Source of the DNA: a bacterium
GTDB taxonomy: Bacteria > Zhuqueibacterota > Zhuqueibacteria > Oceanimicrobiales > Oceanimicrobiaceae
Direction: 5' to 3'
NCBI GenBank assembly: GCA_046757525.1
Contig: JBHHYI010000090.1
Location: forward strand, 1 to 17,485
DNA length: 17,485 nt
Below are positions 8,605 to 15,838 of this stretch, in pieces. Numbering within the stretch: the stretch's first letter is position 1; each line of letters starts with the position of its first letter. Both the position numbers and the translations under genes were made by a program. The notes under the pieces are model-generated. The model did not search any database, was not told where the DNA came from, and saw only the letters and a program-made list of their open reading frames with translations.

Positions 8605-8822
8605 GGCAGATGCCTGATTTCTCCCAACTACAACTACCCGCACGGCAGTCAGTAGCTTTAAGCAACCCTTGTTAGGCCGGTAACTCAACAAGAGCAGGCA
8701 GCCGTTCTCATCCCTGAAGGTTCCAGGAGAGGTGGAGAGAAGCATGTTCGTGATTTAGAACACTCTTAGCCAACGCTCCTCCGGGGCGGAACCTTCGTTC
8801 TTTTTCTTAGAGCCCAAAGATA

Positions 8823-8953
8823 GTCGCCCTGAGTAGTCCCGATCGTTTTTTGGTCGGGACATATCGAAGGGCGACGCCCGTCACCCCTTCGTCAAGCGCA
8901 GGGCGATGCCCTCGATACGGTCACCTGAACAGCGGTGACCTACTCGGGATGAC
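8823..8953. repeat. Cluster of three related GTC-tagged palindromic units
   Basis: 8823-8875 (+) GTCGCCCTGAGTAG-[hairpin]-ATATCGAAGGGCGAC; 8885-8906 (-) TCGCCCTGCGCTTGACGAAGGG; 8909-8953 (-) GTCATCCCGAGTAG-[hairpin]-GTATCGAGGG. Confidence 0.75.
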
Positions 8954-9022
8954 TCGAACAGCGCTGACCAGTAACAAGATGCCTCCTGCATGACAGAGCT
9001 GCCTTTGGCGTTTCCGACATTT

Positions 9023-9046
9023 AAAGCAATCCGGTTGCGGGATTGC
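9023..9046 (-). terminator. Possible weak intrinsic terminator after the SxtK-like gene
   Basis: 7-bp stem GCAATCC/GGATTGC with a 7-nt loop, 8 nt past the stop codon. It is followed by only TTT on the minus strand. Confidence 0.35.
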
Positions 9047-9054
9047 GGAAGCTC

Positions 9055-9234
9055 TTAGAAAATTGTGTAAATAAAAGGCGCCAGCGCAGACCCTTCCGTG
9101 AAAACGATGATCAGGCTCAGCAAAAGCAACATCAAAACGATGGGGCCTATCCACCATTTCTTCCGGACTTTCATGAAAGCCCAGAGCTCTCCGAAAATGC
9201 AGAGGCGACTCTTAAACTCCTTCAGAAGTCCCAT
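9055..9234 (-). CDS. SxtK-like / DUF5989-type small membrane protein (59 aa; absent from ORF track)
   Basis: Hand translation: MGLLKEFKSRLCIFGELWAFMKVRKKWWIGPIVLMLLLLSLIIVFTEGSALAPFIYTIF*. Has the family-typical RKKWW..P and SA.APFIYT.F motifs, a GGAG RBS, and follows the carbamoyltransferase. Confidence 0.9.
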   Translation of the reverse strand: MGLLKEFKSRLCIFGELWAFMKVRKKWWIGPIVLMLLLLSLIIVFTEGSALAPFIYTIF

Positions 9235-9367
9235 GAGTAACTCCGCGGGTATTTTCTTTGTAAATAATGGCTTGAAATTGTACTCGAGTTAAGTCCAGCG
9301 GCTGTACGACAGTTTCCCGCACGCACGGCCTTTCGTGTGGCTAAGGCTAAAGCATCCAAGCCCCCCA

Positions 9368-11107
9368 TCAATCCAGCTCGAACTGTTGTTGCCAATCGAC
9401 TTCCTCAGTCCACTCCGGCATCTCTTTTTTGTCCAACAGAAAATTGCCCAACACCAGATAGTCCATTCTTGTGCGCATGAAACACTTAAACGCATCTTCC
9501 GGGGTGCAGACGATGGGTTCTCCGCGAACGTTGAAAGAGGTGTTTATGATGACTGGCACACCGGTTCTTTGGTAAAACTCATGAATCAAATCATAATACA
9601 GGGGATTTTGCGCACGCGAAATGGTCTGGATTCGGGCTGAGCCATCGACGTGGGTCACGGACGGAATGACGCGTTTGTCTGCTTTCACGTTGGCAACCAG
9701 GAGCATGTACGGGCTGGGTCGATCGAGTTCGAAGTATTCCGACGCCTGCTCCTCCAGAATCGTAGGAGCAAACGGACGAAAGCTCTCACGGAATTTGATT
9801 TTTAGATTGACGCGATCTCTATTTTCTGGATTTCTCGCATCAGCCAGAATACTCCGGTTCCCCAGGGCCCGTGGCCCAAATTCCATTCTACCTTGAAACC
9901 AGCCGATGACGTTTTGCTCTTCGATCAACTTCGCTACGGTTTTTAACAAGGCCTCGCGGTCGAGCTCCTCATATTTCACCTGCTGACTGCGCAGATATTC
10001 TCTGATCGCTTCGTGGCTAAATTGTGGCCCGAAATAAACGTGCTGCAAAGGACTTTCTCGCGGATTGCCTAAGAGTGTGTGCCAAATGTAGGTGGCAACG
10101 CCGACGGCCCCACCGGCATCTCCTGCTGCTGGCTGGATGAAAATGTCCTCAAATGGAGTCTCCCGCAGCACTTTCCCGTTGGCCACACAGTTCAATGCCA
10201 CGCCGCCCGCCAAGCACAGGTGCTTCATGTCCGTCTTTTGGTACAAATACCTGGCCATGTGCAAAAGGATGTCTTCAGTAACCTTTTGAACGCTGGCCGC
10301 CAGATCCATGTGGCGCTTCTCCAGTTTAGACTCAGGGGTTCTGCGCGGACCCTCAAACAGTTTGTCGAATCGACCGTTGGTCATGGTCAAACCATAGTCA
10401 TAAGAGAAGTATTTCATATTCATCTTGAAACTGCCGTCGTCACAAACTGTCACCAAATCGCTCATGATCCGGTCGTAATACTTCGGTTCGCCATACGGGG
10501 CCAAGCCCATGACCTTGTACTCAGCGCTATTCACCTTGAATCCCAAATAATAAGTGAAAGCCGAGTACAGCAAACCAAGGGAATGCGGGAAATTGATCTC
10601 CTGGAGGATTTCAATGTCATTTCCCCTACCCACGCCGTAAGTCGCCGTGGCCCACTCCCCCACACCGTCGATGGTCAAAATAGCCGACTCTTCAAAAGGG
10701 GAAAGCAAAAAGGTGCTGGCCGCATGAGATTGGTGGTGCTCGGTAAACAGGACCTCCCCCTCGTAGTTTAATTTCTTCTGGATGAGCTGCGGTACCCAGA
10801 GTTTTTCATGCAACCAAACGGGAATGGCTTTCATGAAAGACCTGTAGGAACGCGGAAAAGTCGCGAAGTAGGTGGTAAGAATTCGTTCGAATTTTAGCAG
10901 GGGCTTATCATAAAATCCGACATAATCCAGTTCCTTACTGGTAATGCCGGCTTCAGCAAGACAATACTGGATGGCGTTCTCAGGAAAATCCGCGTCGTGT
11001 TTCTTCCTGCTAAATCGCTCCTCTGAAGCTGCCGCCACAATGACGCCATCTCTCAGCAAGCAAGCGGCGGCGTCATGATAAAAGCATGAAATTCCTAAAA
11101 TGTACAT
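9368..11107 (-). CDS. O-carbamoyltransferase (CmcH/NodU/TobZ family, SxtI-like)
   Basis: HDAAA, EERFSRKKH, HHQSHAAS, DGVGE, KVMGLAPYG, GGVALNCVAN, GDAGG, EFGPRALGNRS, RESFRPFAP, HVDGSARIQT, NTSFNVRGEPIV; 579 aa. Confidence 0.96.
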   Translation of the reverse strand: MYILGISCFYHDAAACLLRDGVIVAAASEERFSRKKHDADFPENAIQYCLAEAGITSKELDYVGFYDKPLLKFERILTTYFATFPRSYRSFMKAIPVWLHEKLWVPQLIQKKLNYEGEVLFTEHHQSHAASTFLLSPFEESAILTIDGVGEWATATYGVGRGNDIEILQEINFPHSLGLLYSAFTYYLGFKVNSAEYKVMGLAPYGEPKYYDRIMSDLVTVCDDGSFKMNMKYFSYDYGLTMTNGRFDKLFEGPRRTPESKLEKRHMDLAASVQKVTEDILLHMARYLYQKTDMKHLCLAGGVALNCVANGKVLRETPFEDIFIQPAAGDAGGAVGVATYIWHTLLGNPRESPLQHVYFGPQFSHEAIREYLRSQQVKYEELDREALLKTVAKLIEEQNVIGWFQGRMEFGPRALGNRSILADARNPENRDRVNLKIKFRESFRPFAPTILEEQASEYFELDRPSPYMLLVANVKADKRVIPSVTHVDGSARIQTISRAQNPLYYDLIHEFYQRTGVPVIINTSFNVRGEPIVCTPEDAFKCFMRTRMDYLVLGNFLLDKKEMPEWTEEVDWQQQFELD

Positions 11108-11116
11108 GAGGTTTTC

Positions 11117-11359
11117 TCAAAACTGTCGACGTAGAGTGGTCAGGGTGTCGGACAAAGGGTGGCTTTTGTTGGCCCAAAAACTCGGCTGGTTCCCAATTCT
11201 CTTCTGCAAGAGGTCTCGCGCGAACAACTTACTCACCAAAGCGAACACACCAAAAAACAACCAGTAAATGACCGAGAGGATAATAAAGGTCTGCACAACG
11301 CCCAGTTTTTGAGCGAAGATTTTCCAATAATCTAAAAGCTTCTTGAAAAAATCTTTCAT
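11117..11359 (-). CDS. SxtJ-like small membrane protein (~80 aa)
   Basis: MKDFFKKLLDYWKIFAQKLGVVQTFIILSVIYWLFFGVFALVSKLFARDLLQ...SFW...LRRQF*. The W..F...LG....IIL...Y, RD.L, S.W and terminal QF pattern fits SxtJ-type proteins. Ends 9 nt before the carbamoyltransferase. ATG at 11359 preferred over the track's 11419. Confidence 0.82.
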   Translation of the reverse strand: MKDFFKKLLDYWKIFAQKLGVVQTFIILSVIYWLFFGVFALVSKLFARDLLQKRIGNQPSFWANKSHPLSDTLTTLRRQF

Positions 11360-11425
11360 GTTTTCTTGTGAAATTGGTCGGTTAAACCGAAATTTACTAT
11401 CTTTTGACAGAAATGTCAAATGGAA

Positions 11426-12631
11426 TTAGTGTCGTGAGGTGAAATTTGTCGGCTCAGGATTCAGCGGAATCAGATCGTTTTCCAGAAGGTATTGGGCAAA
11501 TAACTTGGCCTTTAGTTTGACCCCCTTTTGGTTGACGTGGCGCCCATCGCGATAGTACTGCTTATCCCTGGGAAAGCTGCCTGCAAAATCAAAAAGATTC
11601 GCGTGGGTCTCCAGCGCAACGGTTTCAAGCACCTGGTTCATTTCTGCATAGGCGTTGATGTATTCTTTGGAGGCAACCCTGGGTTCATTTTCGAACAGAC
11701 GCGAAGTAGCAAAGGTCGCCAAAACAGTTTTAATCCCTCGCCCATGCGCTAAGATAACCATATTTTCAATATTTCTTTTGAAATATATTGGTTTGTTAGT
11801 CTGCAACATCTGGGCGGCGCTGATTTTTTTGAACAGGCCATCGGGATAGGTCTTGCGGTTCTTTTGTCGCAGAAAATCCAGGCCGTAATACGTTTCAGCT
11901 CGTTTGTTCAGGGTTCTGGAAAGATCGGCGTGGGAATTGGTGATCCCGGCTCTAATGAGCAACGCTCTGATCACCGTACTGTACTCCAGGATGCTGGGCA
12001 TGAATACCTCTGAAAAACTCGCAGCGCTTTTTCCGGAGTTGTCGCCGCGGTAAGCCTCGGGCGGCCAAACAAAGCGAGCGTGAATGTCGTTTATTCCGTG
12101 ATAGACGATGATCATGTCCGGATCTAAGTCCAAAATCCGAAACTCGAAGTTGATCAAGGATTCCCAACTGCTCCAACCGCCGGTTCCGGCATTTATCACG
12201 TTGACGTTGGCAAAACCCTGTTCTTTGAGTTCTTGCTCAAGCAACTCGGGGTAGGCCATGCGGTAATCTTCAACGCCCGAGGTGTAAGTGGTCGACCCGC
12301 CCAGGCAGAAAATTCTATATTCACCTTCAGGTTTTGGGATAACGATTTCATCTCCTCTAAATCCCAGCGAATTGTGTTTGTTCTTGCCTTTTCGATAATT
12401 CGGCGTCAAGCAATAGCCCAAATAACGATGGAAAATCTTTCCGTAATAATTGCCATCGCCACGGTTGATTCTATGCTCCAACTGTTTTAAAGAAGCATAC
12501 TTCAAGAACTTCTTCTCACTGGCAAAATGTTCCAGGTAGATGCGCCCGGAAACTTCAAGGATTATGAAGAAGACCAGGAGGGACAGCAAGATTAGAAAAA
12601 AATTCAGAAACAGCGTTTCAAATCTTTTCAT
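11426..12631 (-). CDS. SGNH/GDSL hydrolase family protein with N-terminal membrane anchor (SxtL-like position in cassette)
   Basis: N-terminal hydrophobic helix ending ILEVSGRIY, NSLGFRG, block I RIFCLGGSTT, block II NAGTGGW, block III YHGIND, block V DGRH. Confidence 0.9.
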   Translation of the reverse strand: MKRFETLFLNFFLILLSLLVFFIILEVSGRIYLEHFASEKKFLKYASLKQLEHRINRGDGNYYGKIFHRYLGYCLTPNYRKGKNKHNSLGFRGDEIVIPKPEGEYRIFCLGGSTTYTSGVEDYRMAYPELLEQELKEQGFANVNVINAGTGGWSSWESLINFEFRILDLDPDMIIVYHGINDIHARFVWPPEAYRGDNSGKSAASFSEVFMPSILEYSTVIRALLIRAGITNSHADLSRTLNKRAETYYGLDFLRQKNRKTYPDGLFKKISAAQMLQTNKPIYFKRNIENMVILAHGRGIKTVLATFATSRLFENEPRVASKEYINAYAEMNQVLETVALETHANLFDFAGSFPRDKQYYRDGRHVNQKGVKLKAKLFAQYLLENDLIPLNPEPTNFTSRH

Positions 12632-12907
12632 GATCTTTGCATTCTCTTAGGTGCTGTTCGGCAAGAATTCCCTCAATGGGAAATCTGTGTGGATTGCATT
12701 ATAGAATTTACAGTAGAATCCTAACAGTTGCGTAAAGTTGAACAGTAATAATGAGAATTCTTAATGCCTCTGAAAACCTAATCTTATGTGGTCTCTGGAG
12801 CGAAGCCTGCTCGTTGATGCGAACAGCCGAGAACTAACTGCGGCATTTGTGTTAGGTAGGATTTTGAGCTCGGGAGGACGACAAGGGGACAATGACGTCC
12901 AGCTAAA

Positions 12908-13723
12908 TCAAGTCAATCGATCTAAAAACGGATTTATCTTTGCGGCGATTTCCTCATGCTTTTTGCCGTTGCTGGCGATGAATCCCATCTCATTGTAAAC
13001 GTTCTCTTTGTTGTACTTTAGAGGTGCGCCCCAGCAGTCGGTCATCCTTCCACCCGCTTCCTGTAAGATGATTTCAGGGGCGCAAGTATCCCACTCTTTG
13101 GTTTTTGAATTCGGGTGCAAATACAAATCACTCTTGGATTCCACCAACAGTCCGACTTTCAAGCCCACGCTGCCCGACGACACTTCCCTGGAAATCCCCA
13201 GGGAATTCTTCATCGTGTCCACCAGAGGTGCGCGATGAGACCGGCTCACCACCAGACGCATCTGTTCAATTTCAGAAACCTGGGAAACTCGCAAAGACGA
13301 TTTTTGGCCGCCCCGAGTTACAAACGCGCCCGCCCCTTTGACGGCAGAAAAAAGCGTGTCGGTGGTGGGTTGAAAGACCACGCCCAGAATGGGTCTGCCA
13401 TTTTCAACCAAACCGATCATGACGGCGAACTGCCCAACTTTGTCGATAAACTCTTTGGTGCCATCCATTGGGTCCACCAGCCAAACACGCCGGCGCTGCA
13501 AACGGCTGAGATCATCGCGAGATTCCTCCGCCAAAATTCCGTCTTCCGGAAAAGCGTCCCTGAGTTGTTGGGTGATAAATGTGTTAGAAGCTTTGTCGGC
13601 CTGGGTTACGGGCTCTTGTTCTCTCTTCAAATCGATCTGGTACTCCCTGTGGTAATAGCTGAGAACGATGTGCCCGGCCTCTCTGACCAACGCTTCCGCT
13701 ACTTCGAGTTCTTTCTTAAGCAT
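12908..13723 (-). CDS. cysQ: 3'(2'),5'-bisphosphate nucleotidase CysQ (inositol monophosphatase superfamily)
   Basis: PVTQAD, ILAEE, WLVDPMDGTKEF, VSRSH, GSVGLK, EWDTCAPEIIL..AGG; 271 aa. Confidence 0.88.
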   Translation of the reverse strand: MLKKELEVAEALVREAGHIVLSYYHREYQIDLKREQEPVTQADKASNTFITQQLRDAFPEDGILAEESRDDLSRLQRRRVWLVDPMDGTKEFIDKVGQFAVMIGLVENGRPILGVVFQPTTDTLFSAVKGAGAFVTRGGQKSSLRVSQVSEIEQMRLVVSRSHRAPLVDTMKNSLGISREVSSGSVGLKVGLLVESKSDLYLHPNSKTKEWDTCAPEIILQEAGGRMTDCWGAPLKYNKENVYNEMGFIASNGKKHEEIAAKINPFLDRLT

Positions 13724-13729
13724 GATTCC

Positions 13730-13758
13730 AATATACTAATTTCAATTGCTAAATTCAA
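13730..13758 (-). promoter_or_regulatory. Putative sigma70 promoter of cysQ
   Basis: Minus strand reads TTGAAT-N17-TATATT-GGAATC-ATG. Confidence 0.5.
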
Positions 13759-13775
13759 TCTTATGACTAAAATTT

Positions 13776-13806
13776 AAAAAGCCCACCCTTGCTGCAAAGG
13801 GCGGGC
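13776..13806 (-). terminator. Intrinsic (rho-independent) terminator
   Basis: Minus strand GCCCGCCCTT-TGCAGC-AAGGGTGGGC-TTTTT (10-bp stem, one G-U pair), 30 nt after the stop of the upstream gene. Confidence 0.8.
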
Positions 13807-13836
13807 TGGAAAAAAGACGCCTTCGTGCTCTGCGAC

Positions 13837-14970
13837 TTACTTGTCCGCTACCGCGGTCATGGAAGTATGGGGCAAATCGAGACAGATGATGTCAAAATTA
13901 TTATTTTGCAATTGGGTTAACACCAGGCTATTGCCATCCAATGAGAATCTAACCTCCCCAAGATCGCCTTCGACTTCATAGATTTTTTCGCGAATTTTGG
14001 AAAACAGATTTATTTTCCACAACTGCGTCCTGTTTTCATCGCTGCTACTCATTTGAAAATACAGGTCCTGGGTGATAGGATTTATGACGAGTTTTGGAAA
14101 TGGTTTTAACAAAGCATCTTCAAACCATACTTCTTGCGTATCGTTTTCCAAATCGATGCGCAGAATCGAAAAGTAGCCATCGAGATAGGGGTATTTTTTA
14201 TTCCTTTTCTCCGTAAATCTTACTGTGAAAAAAGTCGATTCGTCCAGCCAGGTTATCGTGGGCAGCCAAACATCATGATTGTAGGATTTCCACCCATCGG
14301 TCGTGAGAATCTGTCTGGCTTCTCCTTCAGAACGGACGTGGGAAAAACTAAACTTTAGCGGATCTTGGTCGTAAATGCGCTTCACAACGATTTTGGAACT
14401 CTTGTTTGGCGAGGAAATCACATATTCGTCAGAACTAAAATCAGGGAAAACCCCCAGGCCCAACATCAGATAGCCCATCGACAGCGGCAATTCCGGGGAG
14501 GCTTCTAATAAAACCTTCTCGTTGCTCAATGTATTAATGTACCAGAGCTCCCAACCCCTCACGTCATAATAATCTTGGGCTTGCATGTCTGTCAATTCAA
14601 GGGAGGGGTCCGCTTTAAGCACCAGGACACCGCGTTCATCGGGGAGAACGTTGTAGTCCAAAACGCCCAGCGTGGTTAGAGGCTCCTTTGCCCCGTTCTC
14701 GCGATCCAATTTCACTAATTTGTAATCCCAGGGCTTGGGCTTTAGAGGATCGCCATCAAAAACCAGGTACAAAACACTTTTGTCGTCGTCCATGAACCTT
14801 GGCTTGATTTCCAGATAGTCGTGGCTGCTGGTGATGTTCTTGATTTGTATACTTGGATTCGTGTCCCGACTGCCGGAGTACAAAGGTGAGCACCACAAAC
14901 CCGCGATTAGCAAAACCGCTAAGGTCATTTTAGGTAATTCAGTGCTGTTAATAATTCTACACCGATCCAT
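13837..14970 (-). CDS. Exported hypothetical protein, probably TolB/WD40-like beta-propeller
   Basis: AAGGAGG RBS 8 nt before ATG 14970. Hydrophobic N-terminal segment (MTLAVLLIAGLWC). PD40-like blade motifs PRFMDDDKSVLY, SSPNKSSKIV and VRFSLDGNSLVL...NNNFDIICLDL. The fold is inferred. Confidence 0.65.
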   Translation of the reverse strand: MDRCRIINSTELPKMTLAVLLIAGLWCSPLYSGSRDTNPSIQIKNITSSHDYLEIKPRFMDDDKSVLYLVFDGDPLKPKPWDYKLVKLDRENGAKEPLTTLGVLDYNVLPDERGVLVLKADPSLELTDMQAQDYYDVRGWELWYINTLSNEKVLLEASPELPLSMGYLMLGLGVFPDFSSDEYVISSPNKSSKIVVKRIYDQDPLKFSFSHVRSEGEARQILTTDGWKSYNHDVWLPTITWLDESTFFTVRFTEKRNKKYPYLDGYFSILRIDLENDTQEVWFEDALLKPFPKLVINPITQDLYFQMSSSDENRTQLWKINLFSKIREKIYEVEGDLGEVRFSLDGNSLVLTQLQNNNFDIICLDLPHTSMTAVADK

Positions 14971-15049
14971 AGTGCAACCCTCCTTCAACAAAATAGACAG
15001 TTTTTGGTAAGGATTTCGCTCACATTGATTCGTTTTTTCACGAATTTTT

Positions 15050-15568
15050 CTACGGGTTTGTCCTAACAGCAATGTCCGGCAATTCCAGAACCACGAGTTT
15101 AGGCAATTTATTCCATTTGTCTGTCACTTCAAAATAAACGGCATTCAACTTGTCGCCACTGCCACTCACTATGTCAACGTGCCATTTGCCTACACAATCC
15201 GCCGGCATCTCGATCCAACTCCAGCCACGAATGCTGGTCTTACGGATCTTCAGTGGCACAATTGCAACGACTTTGTCCTGGTGGTACCACACATGTTTAA
15301 TCTTCTGTGGTTTCAAAACTTTGACAATTCCGTGGAAGCAGTACAGTTTTGAAACGGTGTCTGGAATAACATTCGTCAAGCAAGCGACGCAGCCTGCCTG
15401 ACGCTGCTTAAGGTTCTCGTAAATCAAAGGATTGCTGAGTATTAAAGTTGGGTTAGCTTCCCCCTTGTCAGAAGCAGAATGTTTTTCACTGATTTGAGCA
15501 AATGCCAAATTGGTGAAACCCGCTGAGATAACTATTTGGAGTGAAATCAAAGCTGCGGAATATCTCAT
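15050..15568 (-). CDS. DUF2914-type exported protein
   Basis: Signal peptide ending LAFA. C-terminal KLYCF...IKHVWYH...RGWS...GKWHVDIV...YFEV pattern fits DUF2914-type Ig-like domains. ATG at 15568 follows a G-rich RBS and lies downstream of the sigma54 promoter. Confidence 0.75.
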   Translation of the reverse strand: MRYSAALISLQIVISAGFTNLAFAQISEKHSASDKGEANPTLILSNPLIYENLKQRQAGCVACLTNVIPDTVSKLYCFHGIVKVLKPQKIKHVWYHQDKVVAIVPLKIRKTSIRGWSWIEMPADCVGKWHVDIVSGSGDKLNAVYFEVTDKWNKLPKLVVLELPDIAVRTNP

Positions 15569-15643
15569 TTCGAGTACACCCCCTAAATGAGAAAAAAACA
15601 AAACTCGTTGGAAGCCCGACGCTTCATCAATTAGCAACGATTT

Positions 15644-15660
15644 TGCAAAGATTATGCCAA
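15644..15660 (-). promoter_or_regulatory. Sigma54 (-24/-12) promoter for the DUF2914/propeller operon
   Basis: Minus strand TTGGCATAATCTTTGCA matches TGGCAC-N5-TTGCW with correct GG-N10-GC spacing, about 75 nt upstream of the ATG. Confidence 0.85.
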
Positions 15661-15780
15661 TAGGTTCCTCAGCTTTCCCGCCACATTTTGGCCAGGGTTA
15701 GGTGTAAAACAATTATGCTATTACAATCCATTGCCTCGCCATGAAACATTCTTCTGCAGTTTCCTAAGTGTTAACTTTTT

Positions 15781-15795
15781 ATGTAAAAGTTACAT
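15781..15795. promoter_or_regulatory. Candidate enhancer (bEBP binding) palindrome
   Basis: ATGTAA-AAG-TTACAT perfect dyad, about 120 nt upstream of the -24 element. Confidence 0.55.
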
Positions 15796-15838
15796 GCCAC
15801 GAGCGTGGAAATATGTTGGGACAGTCCTCGCCGGCGTC

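Noticed and set aside
8220..8820. Riboswitch or structured ncRNA upstream of the patatin gene
   Set aside because: No known family signature recognised by eye. An Rfam/Infernal scan would be needed to exclude it properly.
5674..8953. Palindromic repeats as a CRISPR array
   Set aside because: Copies are few, divergent, in mixed orientation and irregularly spaced. No cas genes are present.
8387..9292. Short track ORFs in the intergenic stretch (8387-8596, 8518-8745, 8921-9157, 9043-9240, 9098-9292)
   Set aside because: They run through MITE or palindrome sequence, or overlap the real SxtK-like gene in other frames, and show no protein-like signal.
9055..12631. Saxitoxin biosynthetic cluster
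   Set aside because: Only the I/J/K/L-like genes are present. No PKS-like SxtA, amidinotransferase or other core genes are in the window.
12718..12856. Integron attC site (CCTAAC...GTTAGGT)
   Set aside because: Only the short core-like ends match. I could not see the internal L-box dyad, and there is no integrase or cassette array.
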